A stretch of DNA of 64,000 nt from Eledone cirrhosa (GCA_964016885.1 OZ024745.1:117800001-117864000); one strand, 5' to 3'; counted from the stretch's first letter, positions 1 to 14,447 are shown. Numbers and translations: made by a program. The notes: a model not told the origin generated them from the letters alone.

Positions 1-318
1 CTTCTGAAGTGACCTTGTCATCCAATTAACACAGTCAAGACCATATAACACAACTGGTAGAATGTAAGTATCAAAGATCTTAGCCTTCAAATGATAGGAA
101 ACTCGTTTTGATGTTAGTACTTCCTTGTTCTTGTTGAAAGCTGCCCAACCTAGAGCGATTTGATATTGTGCAGCAACCATTCCATTGTTGTTTGATGATA
201 GTTTGTGACCGAGATATTCAAACTCCGTAACTTGAACAATTTGTGAGTTGGAGATTGGCATTGTTTTTATCAGTTGTCATACAGTTTATTTTGGAGATGT
301 TGATGTGTAAGCCATCCT
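1..318 (-). mobile_element. RTE-clade LINE reverse transcriptase fragment (decayed)
   Basis: Manual minus-strand translation with a frameshift gives GLHINISK...EFEYLGHKLS...IALGWAAFNK...KAKIFDTYILPV, resembling RT domains 6-7 and thumb of RTE LINEs. Confidence 0.75.
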
Positions 319-396
319 AATTACATATATATATATATATAAAGTAAATAAGAAAAGATGGTTCTACATTTCCATTCTCCAGTTTATAATACAACG

Positions 397-463
397 TCTG
401 TTATGTACATTTCAGAAACGTTAGGCAAAGATTATGTAAGTCTACCATTTATCATCAAACAGA
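397..463 (-). ncRNA. Minimal type-I hammerhead ribozyme motif (U3 variant)
   Basis: Minus strand reads TCTGT-TTGATGA-[imperfect stem II]-GAA-ATGTACAT-A-ACAGA. Stem I pairs, helix III is palindromic, triplet is AUA. Lies between TA repeats. Confidence 0.6.
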
Positions 464-565
464 GGTTAATAAAAATATATATGATATACTGACTATGGGG
501 CACAAGATGTTAGTTGTCCGAAATTCGATCAGCACGCACACACACACGTATATATATATGTATAA

Positions 566-614
<49 letters not shown>

Positions 615-923
615 CAAGTTAATATAAATTAATATATAATAAACCACAAATACCATCATATAAGTGTTTGTATTGTAAATGACTAAGTTAGCTAGATTGA
701 AAAATACGGAACAGGTTTGATTTTGAAATTTAAATTTGTCTAAGTACCACGGCCATTTGCCAATATCGTTTATTTTTATTGATTTATTATTTTAAATCGA
801 GACAGGCAAACTGTATTATTATAATTAGTATTTTTTAATCTAGCTAACTTAGTCATTTACAATACAAACACTTATATGATGGTATTTGTGTTTTATCATA
901 TACATTAATTTATATTAACTTGT
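615..923. repeat. Inverted repeat with ~95-bp arms next to (TA)n (Penelope-like pseudo-LTR remnant)
   Basis: 615-707 is the near-perfect reverse complement of 828-923. The spacer holds a half-hammerhead GAGACAGGCAAACTGTA. Confidence 0.65.
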
Positions 924-1004
924 ATTACACGGCTCAGAAATACTTCTTTCTTTGAGCTATTTCATTGTAAAGGACTGCTTGAGTTTAGAACTCATTATTC
1001 TTAG

Positions 1005-1025
1005 TATATATGTATATGTATATGT

Positions 1026-1057
<32 letters not shown>

Positions 1058-1144
1058 GTATATTTATATATGTATATATATATGTATATATATATGTATA
1101 TATATATATATAGGTATATATATATATGTATATATATATATAGG

Positions 1145-1178
<34 letters not shown>

Positions 1179-1180
1179 GG

Positions 1181-1212
<32 letters not shown>

Positions 1213-1214
1213 GG

Positions 1215-1263
<49 letters not shown>

Positions 1264-1499
1264 TATATATATTATATATATGTATATAGGGCGGTGAATT
1301 GACAGTATCGGTAGAGGGTTGGACGCCATACTTTCTAGCATAGTTACGTCCCTTTATGGTCTGAGTTCAAATCCCGCCGAGGTTAACTTTGCCTTTCATC
1401 CTTACGGGGTCGATAAAATAAAGTACCAGTAATGCACTGGGTAATTGCTGGCCTTGTGCCAAAAGTAGAAACAATTATATATATGTATATATATGTATA

Positions 1500-1533
<34 letters not shown>

Positions 1534-1563
1534 GTTATATATATATATATATATGCATATATG

Positions 1564-1600
<37 letters not shown>

Positions 1601-1716
1601 TATATGTTATATATATATATATATATGCATATATGTTATATATATATATATATTATATATATATATATATGCATATATGCTATATTTATATATATATATA
1701 TATATATGCATATATG

Positions 1717-1751
<35 letters not shown>

Positions 1752-1790
1752 TATATGTTATATATATATATATATATATATGCATATATG

Positions 1791-1845
<55 letters not shown>

Positions 1846-2064
1846 ATATGCATATATGTTATATATATACATATATATTATATATATATATATATGCATA
1901 TATGTTATATATATATATATATTATATATATATATATGTATATATTATATATATGTATATATTATATATATGTATATATTATATATATGTATATATTATA
2001 TATATGTATATATTATATATATGTATATATTATATATATGTATATATTATATATATGTATATAT

Positions 2065-2096
<32 letters not shown>

Positions 2097-2478
2097 ATAT
2101 ATGTATATATTATATATATATATATTATATATATATATATTATATATATTTATATATATTATATATATATTTATATATATTATATATATATATATATGCA
2201 TATATATTATATATATGTATATGTATTATATATATATATATGTATACACACACTTATATATATATATACGTATATATATTATATATATATATGTATTATA
2301 TATATATGTATACACACACTTATATATATATATATACGTATATATATTATATATATATATGTATTATATATATATGTATACACACACTTATATATATATA
2401 TACGTATATATATTATATATATATATATATATATGTATTATATATATATATGTATACACACACTTATATATATACGTA

Positions 2479-2518
<40 letters not shown>

Positions 2519-2672
2519 TATATATATATATATACACACACTTATATATATATATATATACGTATATATATTATATATATATATATGTATTATATATATA
2601 TGTATACACACACACACATATATATATATATATGTACATATATATATGTATATATATTATCTATATATATAA
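1005..2672. repeat. Compound (TA)n/TATG microsatellite interrupted by a SINE
   Basis: Direct inspection. Source of the YI-repeat pseudo-ORFs. Confidence 0.95.
1289..1477 (+). mobile_element. tRNA-derived SINE family A (about 35-40 full or partial copies in the window)
   Basis: A-box-like TG(G/A)CAGTATCGGTAGA, B-box GAGTTCAAATCCC, central GCCTTTCATCCTTACGGGGTCGATAAAATAAAGTACCAG, tail GGCCTTGTGCCAAAAGTAGAAACAATTA. Confidence 0.9.
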
Positions 2673-2699
2673 AACTGAGGATGTCTGTCTGTGTGCGTG

Positions 2700-2753
<54 letters not shown>

Positions 2754-3067
2754 AGTTTCAATCCCTAAAACTCGAGAAGTACCTAACAAATTTTTTGCAA
2801 ACTTTACATGTGTATTACTTATGTAGGGCCCGCATTAGGTGAAAAACTGTTACTTAAATATAAGTATGCATACGTAGATACATATATGTATACAGACGTA
2901 CAGTAGTATGTATATATATATACATACATGCACACACATATATATGTACGTATGGAATTACCGAGCATTTATTATAATGCTCGGTTTGTTTGTAAACAAA
3001 CATCCCGAATTAAGCCGTACAGTGTTTAGCCACCATCGTTGCCCGTTTGTTTAACACTGACAAAGGA

Positions 3068-3110
3068 ACGATGTACTAGTTTCAAGCTTATAAGCTATCG
3101 TCAGCACCGT
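3068..3110 (-). ncRNA. Minimal type-I hammerhead ribozyme
   Basis: ACGGTG-CTGACGA-TAGCTTATAAGCTT-GAA-ACTAGT-A-CATCGT. Canonical core, palindromic helix III, GUA triplet. Confidence 0.8.
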
Positions 3111-3435
3111 ATACCTTCCTGCCAGATGATTGAACGTCTGAAAGTATATACTTTTCTTATGCATATTAACGGCTGAGCAGCCTAATTTGCATATCGAGTG
3201 AGTTAGTCGGCCGGGCGTACCGAAAACGATAAATGGAAAAAATGAAATTTCATTTCTCACTCTTAGTACGGCTGATACTTAAATATAAGTATGTATACGT
3301 ACATACATATATGTATACAGACGTGCAGTAGCATGTATATATATATACATACATGCACACACATATACGTATGGGTTTACCGAACATTTATTATAATGTT
3401 CGCTTTGTTTGTAAACAAACAGCCCGAATTAAGCC

Positions 3436-3496
<61 letters not shown>

Positions 3497-3557
3497 TAAA
3501 ATACGTACACAAACACAAACATAGGCAACCTTCATACATCATGTCTGTGTGCGTGTT

Positions 3558-3588
<31 letters not shown>

Positions 3589-3699
3589 CTGTGAGTTAGA
3601 ATCCCTAAAACTCGAGAAGTATATATACACACATATATACATATATATATACACACATATATAAAGATACGTACACAAACACAAACATAGGCAATATAT

Positions 3700-4340
3700 A
3701 TATGTATGTGTAGGAAGAAGAAAGAGAAAGGAAGTAAGCTTGTATTTACGTGAATTTAAAAGAATCAACAGTTTGTAGGAATGGTGGAATATGATTCCAG
3801 AATTTAAAAAAAATATTTAGCTATATTATGAGTTATAATATTATATATATATAATCAATTAGATTATATGAAGAATTATGGTTGTAAGTACATTTTATCT
3901 TATTATATTGCCATAGATTGTAAGTATATAAATATCTATATAGATTAATAAGTGTGCAAGTATAAGTATTATTGGTGATTTTTATCTGTCATTTGTGTAT
4001 CGAGGAAATTTTTTATATAATTAACTGTCAAAACTCTATTAATTTAAAAACAGAATTATTTACTTCTTGCAGACATCGCCAAAAATCCACTTTCCGAAGT
4101 ATTTTTAATCTATGATATTCATTACACTTGACTACATCTTATACACCTTTAAAATGATCCTATTATTTACTGAGTTTTTCTTTAAAAAATTTAAATTTTG
4201 TATTTTTACCATTTGATATTCTTTTGCTAATGATACTTTGTATTTTATCTGATGAGAGCATACCAAAGTTTTGGTACCTTTGAAATATATATAATAGAAT
4301 AAATATAGTTTTATAAATATAGTTTCCATTTATTAATATC
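3700..4340 (-). mobile_element. Possible heavily decayed CR1/L2-group LINE 3' end
   Basis: Minus frame near 3750-3810 reads FWNHIPPFLQTVDSFK, like the WNxLP...FK C-terminal motif. Weak. Confidence 0.3.
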
Positions 4341-4345
4341 ATTGT

Positions 4346-4479
<134 letters not shown>

Positions 4480-4975
4480 ATTGTAAGGTTCAGTTACTGT
4501 AGGTTCACCAGAGTGAGCACTCGATGTGTAGTACTAAATAGAGGTGTAGTACCAAGTAGAGGTGTAGTACTAAGTAGAGGTGTAGAACCAACCAACAAAC
4601 AAACACCTATTTTTTATATTATGTATAGATATTACAATTAGCCGTCATTTTTGACGGCACGGGGCCAGCTAGTTAAACATGATATTAACCAAAAGAGCTG
4701 TCAATGTTAAGTTGTAAGGTACAATATATTTTAAATAGCTGGATATTTCAGTATCATATTACAACTGTTAATTTCGCACTAACATGACTCTTTAGGTAAT
4801 GTGGATTTAAGTTCTATTATTCAACCTTCTTATATTGATCCTTAAGAATGAATGAAATCAAAGCATTGTTTCGATGGCGGTTCACTTGATTTGTGGGATA
4901 TGTATTTTCTATGGCTGGTGTACCTGTGGGTCTCTGTGTATGGGCTTTTATGTAAAGGGTTGGGTGTATGTTATT

Positions 4976-5216
<241 letters not shown>

Positions 5217-5765
5217 CTATTGTACATGAACGCCTTACAGAACGCGCCATTTTCCTCTTCCTCTTTAAATAAAATTTCACGCCTTAATTAGTAATAATGT
5301 CAGAGTGACCTCCCTTATATAACAATCTTCAACCCTTTTTCCAAAACGAATGGATATTTAAAAATACAAAGGAGAAATTCATTTTTCGCACATCAAACGA
5401 CATCCCGCTGTTCCAGCAGATACATAAACACACACATGCATATGCTGCATCACACACACACACACTCTGTCTCTCACTCTCTCACACACACATATATAGA
5501 CCAGAGAGCGTAAACGAAGAGGCAGGAAGATAATACAAGAGCCTATAAAAAGCATATGTCTAAAGAAAGTGAGTTAGTCGACCGGGCGCACCGAAAACGG
5601 TAAATGGAAAAAATGAAACGAAATTTCATTTCTCACTCTTAGTACGGCTGTTACTTAAATATAAGTATGTATACGTACATACATCTATGTATACAGACGT
5701 ACAGTAGTATGTATATATATACATACTTGCACACATATATATATGTACATCTGGCAGGAAGGTAT

Positions 5766-5808
5766 ACGATGCTGACGATAGCTAATAAGCTTGAAACTAG
5801 TACATCGT
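5766..5808 (+). ncRNA. Minimal type-I hammerhead ribozyme
   Basis: ACGATG-CTGACGA-TAGCTAATAAGCTT-GAA-ACTAGT-A-CATCGT. 6-bp stem I. Inverted copy of 3068-3110. Confidence 0.82.
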
Positions 5809-6109
5809 TCCTTTGTCAGTGTTGAACAAAAGGGAAACGTTCGTTGCTAAACACTGTACGGCTTAATTCGGGCTGTTTGTTTACAAACAAACCGAGCATT
5901 ATAATAAATGTTCGGTAAACCCATACGTACATATATATATGTGTGCATGTATGTATATATATACATACTACTGTACGTCTGTATACATATATGTATGTAC
6001 GTATACACACACATATATATATATATATGGAATATTAGTGACAATGCCTCAGTGAAATGGTTACACCGTCTGCACAAAATTGAGGGATTCAATTTTATGG
6101 TAAAATGAT

Positions 6110-6200
6110 TGAAGTAAAATAATATTTCCTCATGAAATTTTTTATGGCTTTCATTGACTATCAAATAGCTTTTAATAAAGTTATTCATGAGAAATTAGCT
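6110..6200 (+). mobile_element. LINE (RTE-like) RT domain-3 fragment
   Basis: FMAFIDYQIAFNKVIHEKL resembles the FIDYxKAFDxVxH motif. Confidence 0.6.
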
Positions 6201-6299
6201 GGCTCCGTAGACATTCCACTGTCGTTGAAAATCACAATAATTACTCTGACATATATTTGTTATTTCAACATTGTCACATTTGAATCATTAAACCATAAA

Positions 6300-6660
6300 T
6301 TTTCTTCTTCTTCTTCTTCTTCTTCTGTTTCTTTTTCTTTTTCTTTTTCTTTTTCTTCTGTGCCTCCTTCTTCTTCTTTGCCTTCTTCTTCTTCTTCTTC
6401 TTCTTCTTCTTCTTCTTCTTCTTCTTCTTCTTCTTCTTCTTCTTCTTCTTCTTCTTCTTCTTCTTCTTCTTCTTCTTCTTCTTCTTCTTCTTCTTCTTCT
6501 TTGCCTTCTTCTTTGCCTTCTTCTTCTTCTTCTTCTTCTTCTTCTTCTTCTTCTTCTTCTTCTTCTTCTTCTTCTTCTTCTTCTTCTTCTTCTTCTTCTT
6601 CTTCTTCTTCTTCTTCTTCTTCTTCTTCTTTGCCTTCTTCTTCTTTGCCTTCTTCTTTGC
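6300..6660. repeat. (TTC)n microsatellite
   Basis: Direct inspection. A second (TTC)n lies at 7681-7787. Confidence 0.95.
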
Positions 6661-7110
6661 CCTGGGTCTCCTGCCGGTTGGTTTTACCCGTCAAATCTGT
6701 CCAGCGAGTCTTTCCTGAGACATTCTAACCACATTCCCATAGTATCAGAGCTGTGATCTCTCAATTCGGAGAAGTAGCCACTCCACCTGGAGCGACTCTA
6801 TAAATTATCATTATCATAATTTTTATTCTTGATTTGACCTGGGTCACAAAGATGTGGCCCGCGGAAGAACAATTTTCATGACTAATATTTTCCTTGACCC
6901 TTACATATTTTGTCCCTTGACCCTTCCATATTCTTGGAACAGCAGCAGTATTAAGCTTGGTATGTCAACCTAATGCAAACCGACAATTAATTTTAAGATC
7001 AGCCAGGGCCTGACCATGTTTCGCTTCAAGATCAAAACCAGAAAAATAGTAATATGTATCCAATTAACCCCCCACCCCCCCCAATCTTAGTCAGAACGTT
7101 AGTGAAATAT

Positions 7111-7320
7111 ATAGTGTACTCCCGGCATTCGCGGTCCCAGTTATTTGCGGAATTTTCATTAGAACCTAATTAATAATTGTTCGTGGAAACTACCGCATAT
7201 TTGTGGAATCGTAAATACCGGGACACAATTGTATATCGGTTTGTTTCAAAGATGTATTGTGGTGGAGGGGTGATTGAGATTAGAGAAAACTCACACAACA
7301 AAACAAGGAATTTTCATAAC
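7111..7320 (+). mobile_element. Tigger/pogo-like DNA transposon end
   Basis: TAGTGTACTCCCGGCATTCGCGG terminus. Related sequence lies inverted at 55555-55640 and 57175-57265, and a similar terminus at 54228. Confidence 0.45.
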
Positions 7321-7757
7321 GTGAGAAGGTCTAGATTTAACATTTTACTTTTATTTTCCGTTTTGATAATATTTATAGTAATATTTATTGCAATTTACCC
7401 ATGAAATACAATAAAATGTAAAACAAACGGAATTTGTCAGAAATGAAAACGAAAAAAAAAAAGGAATTTACCAAAAGTATAAACATAATTAAAGAAAATT
7501 AGTCCGCCTACAATTTGTACTAAATTAAAATGTACTAATTACTATCATGTGTGTAAATAGCTGTCTATCAGCTGTAGATTATTAATATTATAACTAGTGG
7601 AAATCATGCCTCCTCATATCACTTTTCGCCCGCTGTGCCGCGTAAAGGCCTTTTTGAATCCTTTAGTTTGAAACCACTGATTCTTCTTCTTCTTCTTCTT
7701 CTTCTTCTTCTTCTTCTTCTTCTTCTTCTTCTTCTTCTTCTTCTTCTTCTTCTTCTT

Positions 7758-7788
<31 letters not shown>

Positions 7789-8490
7789 GTACATTCTAAG
7801 TCCATTATCTTATTACTCCTACACTCCTTGAAATCTTACTTTCCTCTTATTATTATTATGAACATCTCAATGTATCCCTAATATTATTCATCATGTTCTC
7901 TATATCTACCATGCATATTTTACTATTTTATTACCTTTATTGTCTCTACTATTATTGTTGTTATTATTATTTTATTTATACACGATTTGTTATTGATGTT
8001 GTGAAAACTAACCCCCCATGATTCAAACTAACAATCCCTACTTTTAGTATAGGCCACTTAAATAACGAATCTACAACTCCACTTAACACCACATAAAAAC
8101 TACCATTATCACTAAATTAATACTACGAAAATCTTTATCTGTCAGACAAGGAAATCCCCGGTGTATTGCCAGCATACCTACAGCAAAGCACACACCTCAT
8201 AAATCTTGACCCCAAGTACATTTTAGTTGTCACTGTTATATCTCCGCCACCTTAACACTATATCTAACGTACCCTATAGCAGTTTTCAAATGTCAATTTC
8301 ATACATCTGTATAATATCAGTTCGTTTAACATGCTAGATTCATCATTATACTCTATTTCTTACTTATATTGATGTTATTATTTTAACTATTCACTATCTA
8401 GTTATTTTATTTTATTATTGATATTATTGTTCTGGTTTAATACCACTCCCATATAAAAGCCATGCCTTGTGTATATTCTTCACTTTCGCG

Positions 8491-8600
8491 TGCTCCGATG
8501 AAAACGAGTGGTTATAAACAAAGTATTGGAGATCGATTGACGCAAAATCAGGCTGGTAGCGAACTCTAGACCTACCAGATCGAAGAAACAATAGCCAGCA
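8491..8600 (+). ncRNA. Degenerate hammerhead motif with long stem II
   Basis: TGCT-CCGATGA-[~80 nt]-GAAAC-AATA-GCC-AGCA. The triplet is GCC instead of GUC. Ends about 55 bp before (TA)n. Confidence 0.5.
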
Positions 8601-8651
8601 ACGTGAATAAAGCCCTTATTGTATAGCGAACCATGTCACTATTTTTTATTG

Positions 8652-9010
<359 letters not shown>

Positions 9011-9346
9011 TGTGTGTATATAAATAAAGAGGGAGACACAAAGCAGGGTTTGTTTACAAACAGCTAGAATTAGCATCATGTGCTAACGCCGTATTTGACT
9101 AAACAGAATGAGCCTGTTAGTTGGGATTAAAAAAAAAGAACCCTCTGAATGGGAAAAGGATAAGTATTGACACACACACACACACGCACACGCACACGCA
9201 CACGCACACGCACACGCACACGCACACACACACACACACACACCTTATCAACAAGGAAGATGAAAAAATTTACCTCAACACTTCATTTTAAATCTTTAAT
9301 TTTTAGTTTTTTATCCTTATTAATTCTTTATAATTGTAATACTCAA

Positions 9347-9391
9347 CATTTGATAAGATGAATTTTACTAATACATCGAAACGGGTTATAC
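9347..9391 (+). ncRNA. Hammerhead motif, U3-A8 core variant
   Basis: TTGATAA-GATG...CATC-GAAAC-GG-GTT. Stem I is weak. Confidence 0.45.
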
Positions 9392-9577
9392 TTTATATAC
9401 TTTATAAAACTCTTTTGTAAAAAGAATTGTCCCTCTCATTGTTTCAATATTGTCACTTTGACGAATCAAAGAAAGGAGAAAAAAGAAAAACAGACCCTTA
9501 AATATATTTTCCGTGCCATTTTCAATCTTACCTTTTCTCTATAACCACTGTTTTGTATAGAAACTTACTTCCCTTTT

Positions 9578-9694
<117 letters not shown>

Positions 9695-10224
9695 GGAGGC
9701 TTAGTAAAATCGAAACTTTGCCGATGTGCAAGCAAATTCGACCTACTATATGAATGAGTTAGCAAAGCACTCGACAAGGTAGGTCCTTAGAGTAATAACA
9801 TACGTTTAAATAGCTTGACAAATTGAACATTGTGGTAGGCAAAATCTAACACACAATACCAAAGTAACGAAAGAACTAACAGGTTGATAAAAAATACACC
9901 TGGACAAATCAAACATTATACGTTTAAAGTGTTTCTATGAATCCGAAATCAAATATCAGACTTACGTAACTGGCAAGCTCGTGGTATTCATGATCGAACA
10001 GAGGATTCATTTCATCAACAGGATTTCGTTCTACCAAAGAACGGGGCAAGCTACTAAATGTTGCAGCTAACAGCAGCGAATATATATATGAATGTATGTA
10101 TAGTATATTTGGCAATATACCGTATGTTTAATTAAAAAAATTAAAAACATTTTGAAGACCTTGCGCTATTATTTTAAAGTAGTGACTATGTCACTTACTT
10201 CTTTTTTCGGCAAAGGAAGGGAGA

Positions 10225-10271
10225 GAAGTTGACAGATTCTGTTTCACACTGTTGGTGTTCCTCAGAGCCTC
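10225..10271 (-). ncRNA. Minimal type-I hammerhead ribozyme
   Basis: GAGGCT-CTGAGGA-ACAC-CAACA-GTGT-GAA-ACAGA-A-TCTGT-C-AACTTC. Canonical core, GUC triplet. Confidence 0.78.
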
Positions 10272-10792
10272 TGCCGAAAATTATAGAGGCTGGATTCTTA
10301 TAGAATTCCAGTAATAATCAGGAACTGATTATACAGAGCGATTGGCGGTCCAGCAAAAATACCCAACCCTAACCCTAATATATATATATATACGTACGCT
10401 TCTTTCTCTGGAAGAATGGGCTCTGTTCCAATCTGGAAAAGGATATGCTCCGTTAGGGTCAGATTTAAAATGCCCCAAACTGGCCGTTTATTACACACAC
10501 ACACACGTATATATTATTGCTGTTGTTGTTGTTGTACTTTCGTCGGTTCCGACGACCAGTGTTCCACTTGTTTAATCAACGAAATATCCTGCTCCTGAAA
10601 TGGCTGAGCATTTTATAACAGACACGTGTATGTATACTTAACGCAATTCTTAGGGACATTCAGCAGGACAAAAAGTGTAACAAGGCTAGTCCTTTGAACC
10701 ACAGGTAAAACTATTTTTTCCAGCGGAGTGAACTGTAGAACTTGAAATATACTTTATAAATAACAATCAAAGAGTGTTTAAGAACATTTAAT

Positions 10793-10878
10793 TACTAACG
10801 ATCGTTTCATCCAAGCACAAGGTCGAGACCATAGGAGTATAAATCAAAAGTTAAAACACAGATAAACTTGTCAAAGAA
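10793..10878 (-). ncRNA. Hammerhead motif, U3-A8 variant with long stem II
   Basis: TTCT-TTGACAA-[~60 nt]-GAA-ACGATCGT-T-AGTA. Palindromic helix III. Confidence 0.5.
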
Positions 10879-11904
10879 CATTCTGGGGATACCACATATG
10901 GGAAGAAAGCAAAAATAATAGATATTAACATTGATATAAGTGAGGAAAGCAAGTAGCATATGAAAAACATGATCTTATAAACATAATTAAGAATCAGAGC
11001 AACTAGAAGCATTTAAAACACTTAAAAATAAGCTGGTATAAAGAAAAATGCTGCTATAAGGAATTTAAACATAATGCAAGGCATATCATATAATAATAAA
11101 TGATAATAAATATAATAATAAATAAATAAATATAATAATAATAAATTTACATACATTTGCATGAACTTGAAATATAGTAATTGATTTAAGGTTACAATTC
11201 GTCGTTGGGAATCGAACTCCCGACCTTACGAACATAAGCCGAAATCTCTACCCACTTACTCACGCTTCTTCACTTACACACCACACACAAACACATACTC
11301 ATATAAACACATACACACATATATCTCCACACACCCGCGCTATTTTCTCTCGCTTCATCCTCACGAATTCCCTCCATTTTGCTTTATTAATTTAATCCAC
11401 ACACACAGACTCACACATAGGCGTTCAAACACGCACAACCATCGGCATATGATCATAGCCACCATCACACATACACAAAGTCCTAATGATTCTTTAGTAT
11501 ATCATTTACGACTACATGAGTTTGAGATCGACTGACTAGTCATTTCCTACAAATGATTCTTTCCTCTTCATTTGAGCTATTTAATTTTATTTTGTATGTT
11601 ATATCATGACAACAGCTGACCTTCCGACAGATTCTTATGAGTGCAACCATGATGACTCATCTACAATATGAATACAGTCAACCCTTCCAATGTTGATAGA
11701 AAGACGAAGTAAAATACATTGACATCCTTAAAGACGATATGTGTCATAGCACAATGTCACTGTGGCTTTTATGCCTCTTATTACTTAACCCTTTTCAGAC
11801 GTTGACATCAAGTGGGCAGCTGATTTCTACAACAGAGCACATTGTATGTATGTATGTATGTATGTATGTATGTATGTATGTATGTATGTATGTATGTATG
11901 TATG

Positions 11905-13460
11905 TTCTTATGGTTTTATAATTTCACAAATTGTTTTCCCAATAAAGAGAGAGTCGGTTTCTAACATAGACACAAGACTCTCATTGGAATTTACACAACA
12001 TCAACTAGGTAGATTATCTATGCATGCATGTGTAGATATGGATGTTATTGTGTGGATGTGTATGTTTTGAGTTGTATGTGTGCATGTGTATATGCTTTGC
12101 ATCTGTACATGTGTATATGCAGTTATTAGATGCAACATTTTTGGAATGTTTTACATATATTTACTGTTCCATTAATGGATTGTACTTGTAATTTCCTAAC
12201 TAGTTGTGTTCTTTCTGTTCCTGTGAAGCCTAGATTCTCAAGATTTGTATTGAGGCAGTTACTAATATATCCCAGTGCCCCAATAATCACAGGCATAAAT
12301 CTGAAGGTGTAATCAGGGTGGAGTATCTGCAGATTTCTCATCAGTTCTGCATAAATATTCTCCTTTTCGCTAATCTTTGATATTATATTGGCATCTGCTG
12401 GGCAGCAAATTTCCACTACTGTGCATGCTTTCTTCTCCCTGTCCCATATCATAATATCTGGTTTGTTATGCCTGCATTTTATTGGGGTTTTTACTGAATA
12501 TTCCACCAATACTCTTTCATATTATGTACATGGATGTCTTCCACATTGAGGTAGCTTTTAATGTGTTTATTATCGGGGCTATCTTTTTTACGAACTGCAT
12601 TGTACAGTGTTTTGGCCACTACATCATGCCTCATAGGTAGAGAGTACCGCGTTGACATCTTTGGACAGCTGCTGATGACATGGGTGATATCCTCGATGTT
12701 AGTTCTGCAGAGTCTGCACTTGTTATCACATTTAGGTGTTTTGCCTGCATCCCTATCTCTTTTGTGAATCAGGTATTTCGTGTTAATCTCCTGTTCTTGA
12801 ATTGCAAAAGCCTATCCTTCAAAGTGTGAGCCAATATAGCGGTTGTTGATCCAAGATAGACTACTTTCCTTATCTATATTACTCTCACTCTGGAGCTTCC
12901 TGGCAACATATCCATGCATGATTTTTTGCTGATAGGAATGCAGGTTTTCATCCATGGATTCACTGCGATACTGCTGAGCGACATCCCTGGGTGTGAGTTT
13001 TTGATTATCACACAGGGAATATCTCTCGAGGAGTTCCTTCCCAACTCTCATGATCTTATCTGTTTCATGCAGATAGACTTGTTCGAGAAACGGGCTCCTA
13101 CGCTTCGAGTTTCGTAGATGTTGCGGGAGGGATATGATGCGACATTCAAATGTTGTCTGGACTGATGTTAGGCCTCTGCCTCCCTGCTTACGTTTCACTG
13201 TTGATATGGAAGTTTCCGGTGTTATTTAGTATTTTTCGAGTTCCAACATCAACTCCTCGGATTTCGTCTATTGTCCAATTGAGTATTCCAAACGTTGGTG
13301 TTAGGACAGGCACAGCAAACACATTGTGAGCCACTGTTTTGTTTTGCGCAGAGAGTTCCGATGACCAGATCTTTCTTAATCGGGTGTAGTATTCCCTGGT
13401 TATGCGTTCTTTATTACAGATACCATTATAGGATATGTTCTCATCTATCCCCAGGTATCT
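11905..13460 (-). mobile_element. 5'-truncated R4/Dong-like non-LTR retrotransposon with restriction-like endonuclease (pseudogenised)
   Basis: Minus translation gives FRYLGIDE, KRKQGGRGL, CCHC knuckle CRLC-x7-H-x4-C, RHD, and NKPDIMIWD...VVEICCP...KENIY (PD-D/E-K nuclease). Stop at 12126, then 3' UTR and (CATA)n at 11843-11904. Contains stops and frameshifts. Confidence 0.9.
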
Positions 13461-13635
13461 GAAGGTTCAGTTTGATCTTCTGAAGGTTCAATTTGATCTT
13501 CTGAAGGTTCAATTTGATCTTCTGAAGGTTCAGTTTGATCTTCTGAAGGTTCAGTTTGATCTTCTGAAGGTTCAATTTAATCTGCTGAAGGTTCAGTTTG
13601 ATCTTCTGAAGGTTCAATTTAATCTTCTGAAGGTT
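13459..13635. repeat. 21-bp tandem repeat (CTGAAGGTTCAGTTTGATCTT), about 8.4 copies
   Basis: Direct inspection. Abuts the LINE 5' truncation point. Confidence 0.95.
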
Positions 13636-13899
13636 GAAGATTGTAGCAAAATCATAGACAGGGAATGAGTTCTAGAGTTTGTCATGATTCAGATGGCAGG
13701 ATAGGGTAAAGTATACAATGCCAGATTTGGAAGTGAGATATCACAAGGATAATGAGAGGAGAATCAAATTGATGGGCTTGGACAGCAGAAGTAAATGTGG
13801 CAATGGAAGGAAATATCTTCTTCCCATCATTTTAATATTTTAGCGTAATTTCGTTTCATGTATTTTCATGTATTTTCAGGTATTTGACTGGTTCATGTA

Positions 13900-13984
13900 T
13901 CTATATACACACACATATACATATATATATATATATATGTACATATGTATAAATATATATATATATGTATATGTATATATATAA

Positions 13985-14028
<44 letters not shown>

Positions 14029-14191
14029 ATGTATATATAAATATATATATATATATGTATATATAAATATATATATATATATGTGTATATATATATATGT
14101 GTATATATATATGTGTATATATATATATGTGTATATATATATATGTATATATATATATATGTATATATATATATGTATATATATATATATG

Positions 14192-14222
<31 letters not shown>

Positions 14223-14261
14223 GTATATATATATGTATATATATATATGTATATATATATG

Positions 14262-14292
<31 letters not shown>

Positions 14293-14375
14293 GTATATAT
14301 ATGTATATATATATGTGTATATATATATATGTATATATATATACATATATATATGTATATATATATATATATGTG

Positions 14376-14408
<33 letters not shown>

Positions 14409-14447
14409 GTGTATATATATATATATGTGTATATATATATATATATG

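Noticed and set aside
1289-1380. tRNA genes
   Set aside because: The A and B boxes belong to SINE heads, which continue into SINE core and tail and do not form a full cloverleaf.
9921-10022. Further hammerhead-like strings (also near 27730-27795, 28140-28190, 30415-30445, 39990-40092 and 47904-47958)
   Set aside because: Each lacks a core half, the NUH triplet or stem I. They may be decayed copies but are not supportable by eye.
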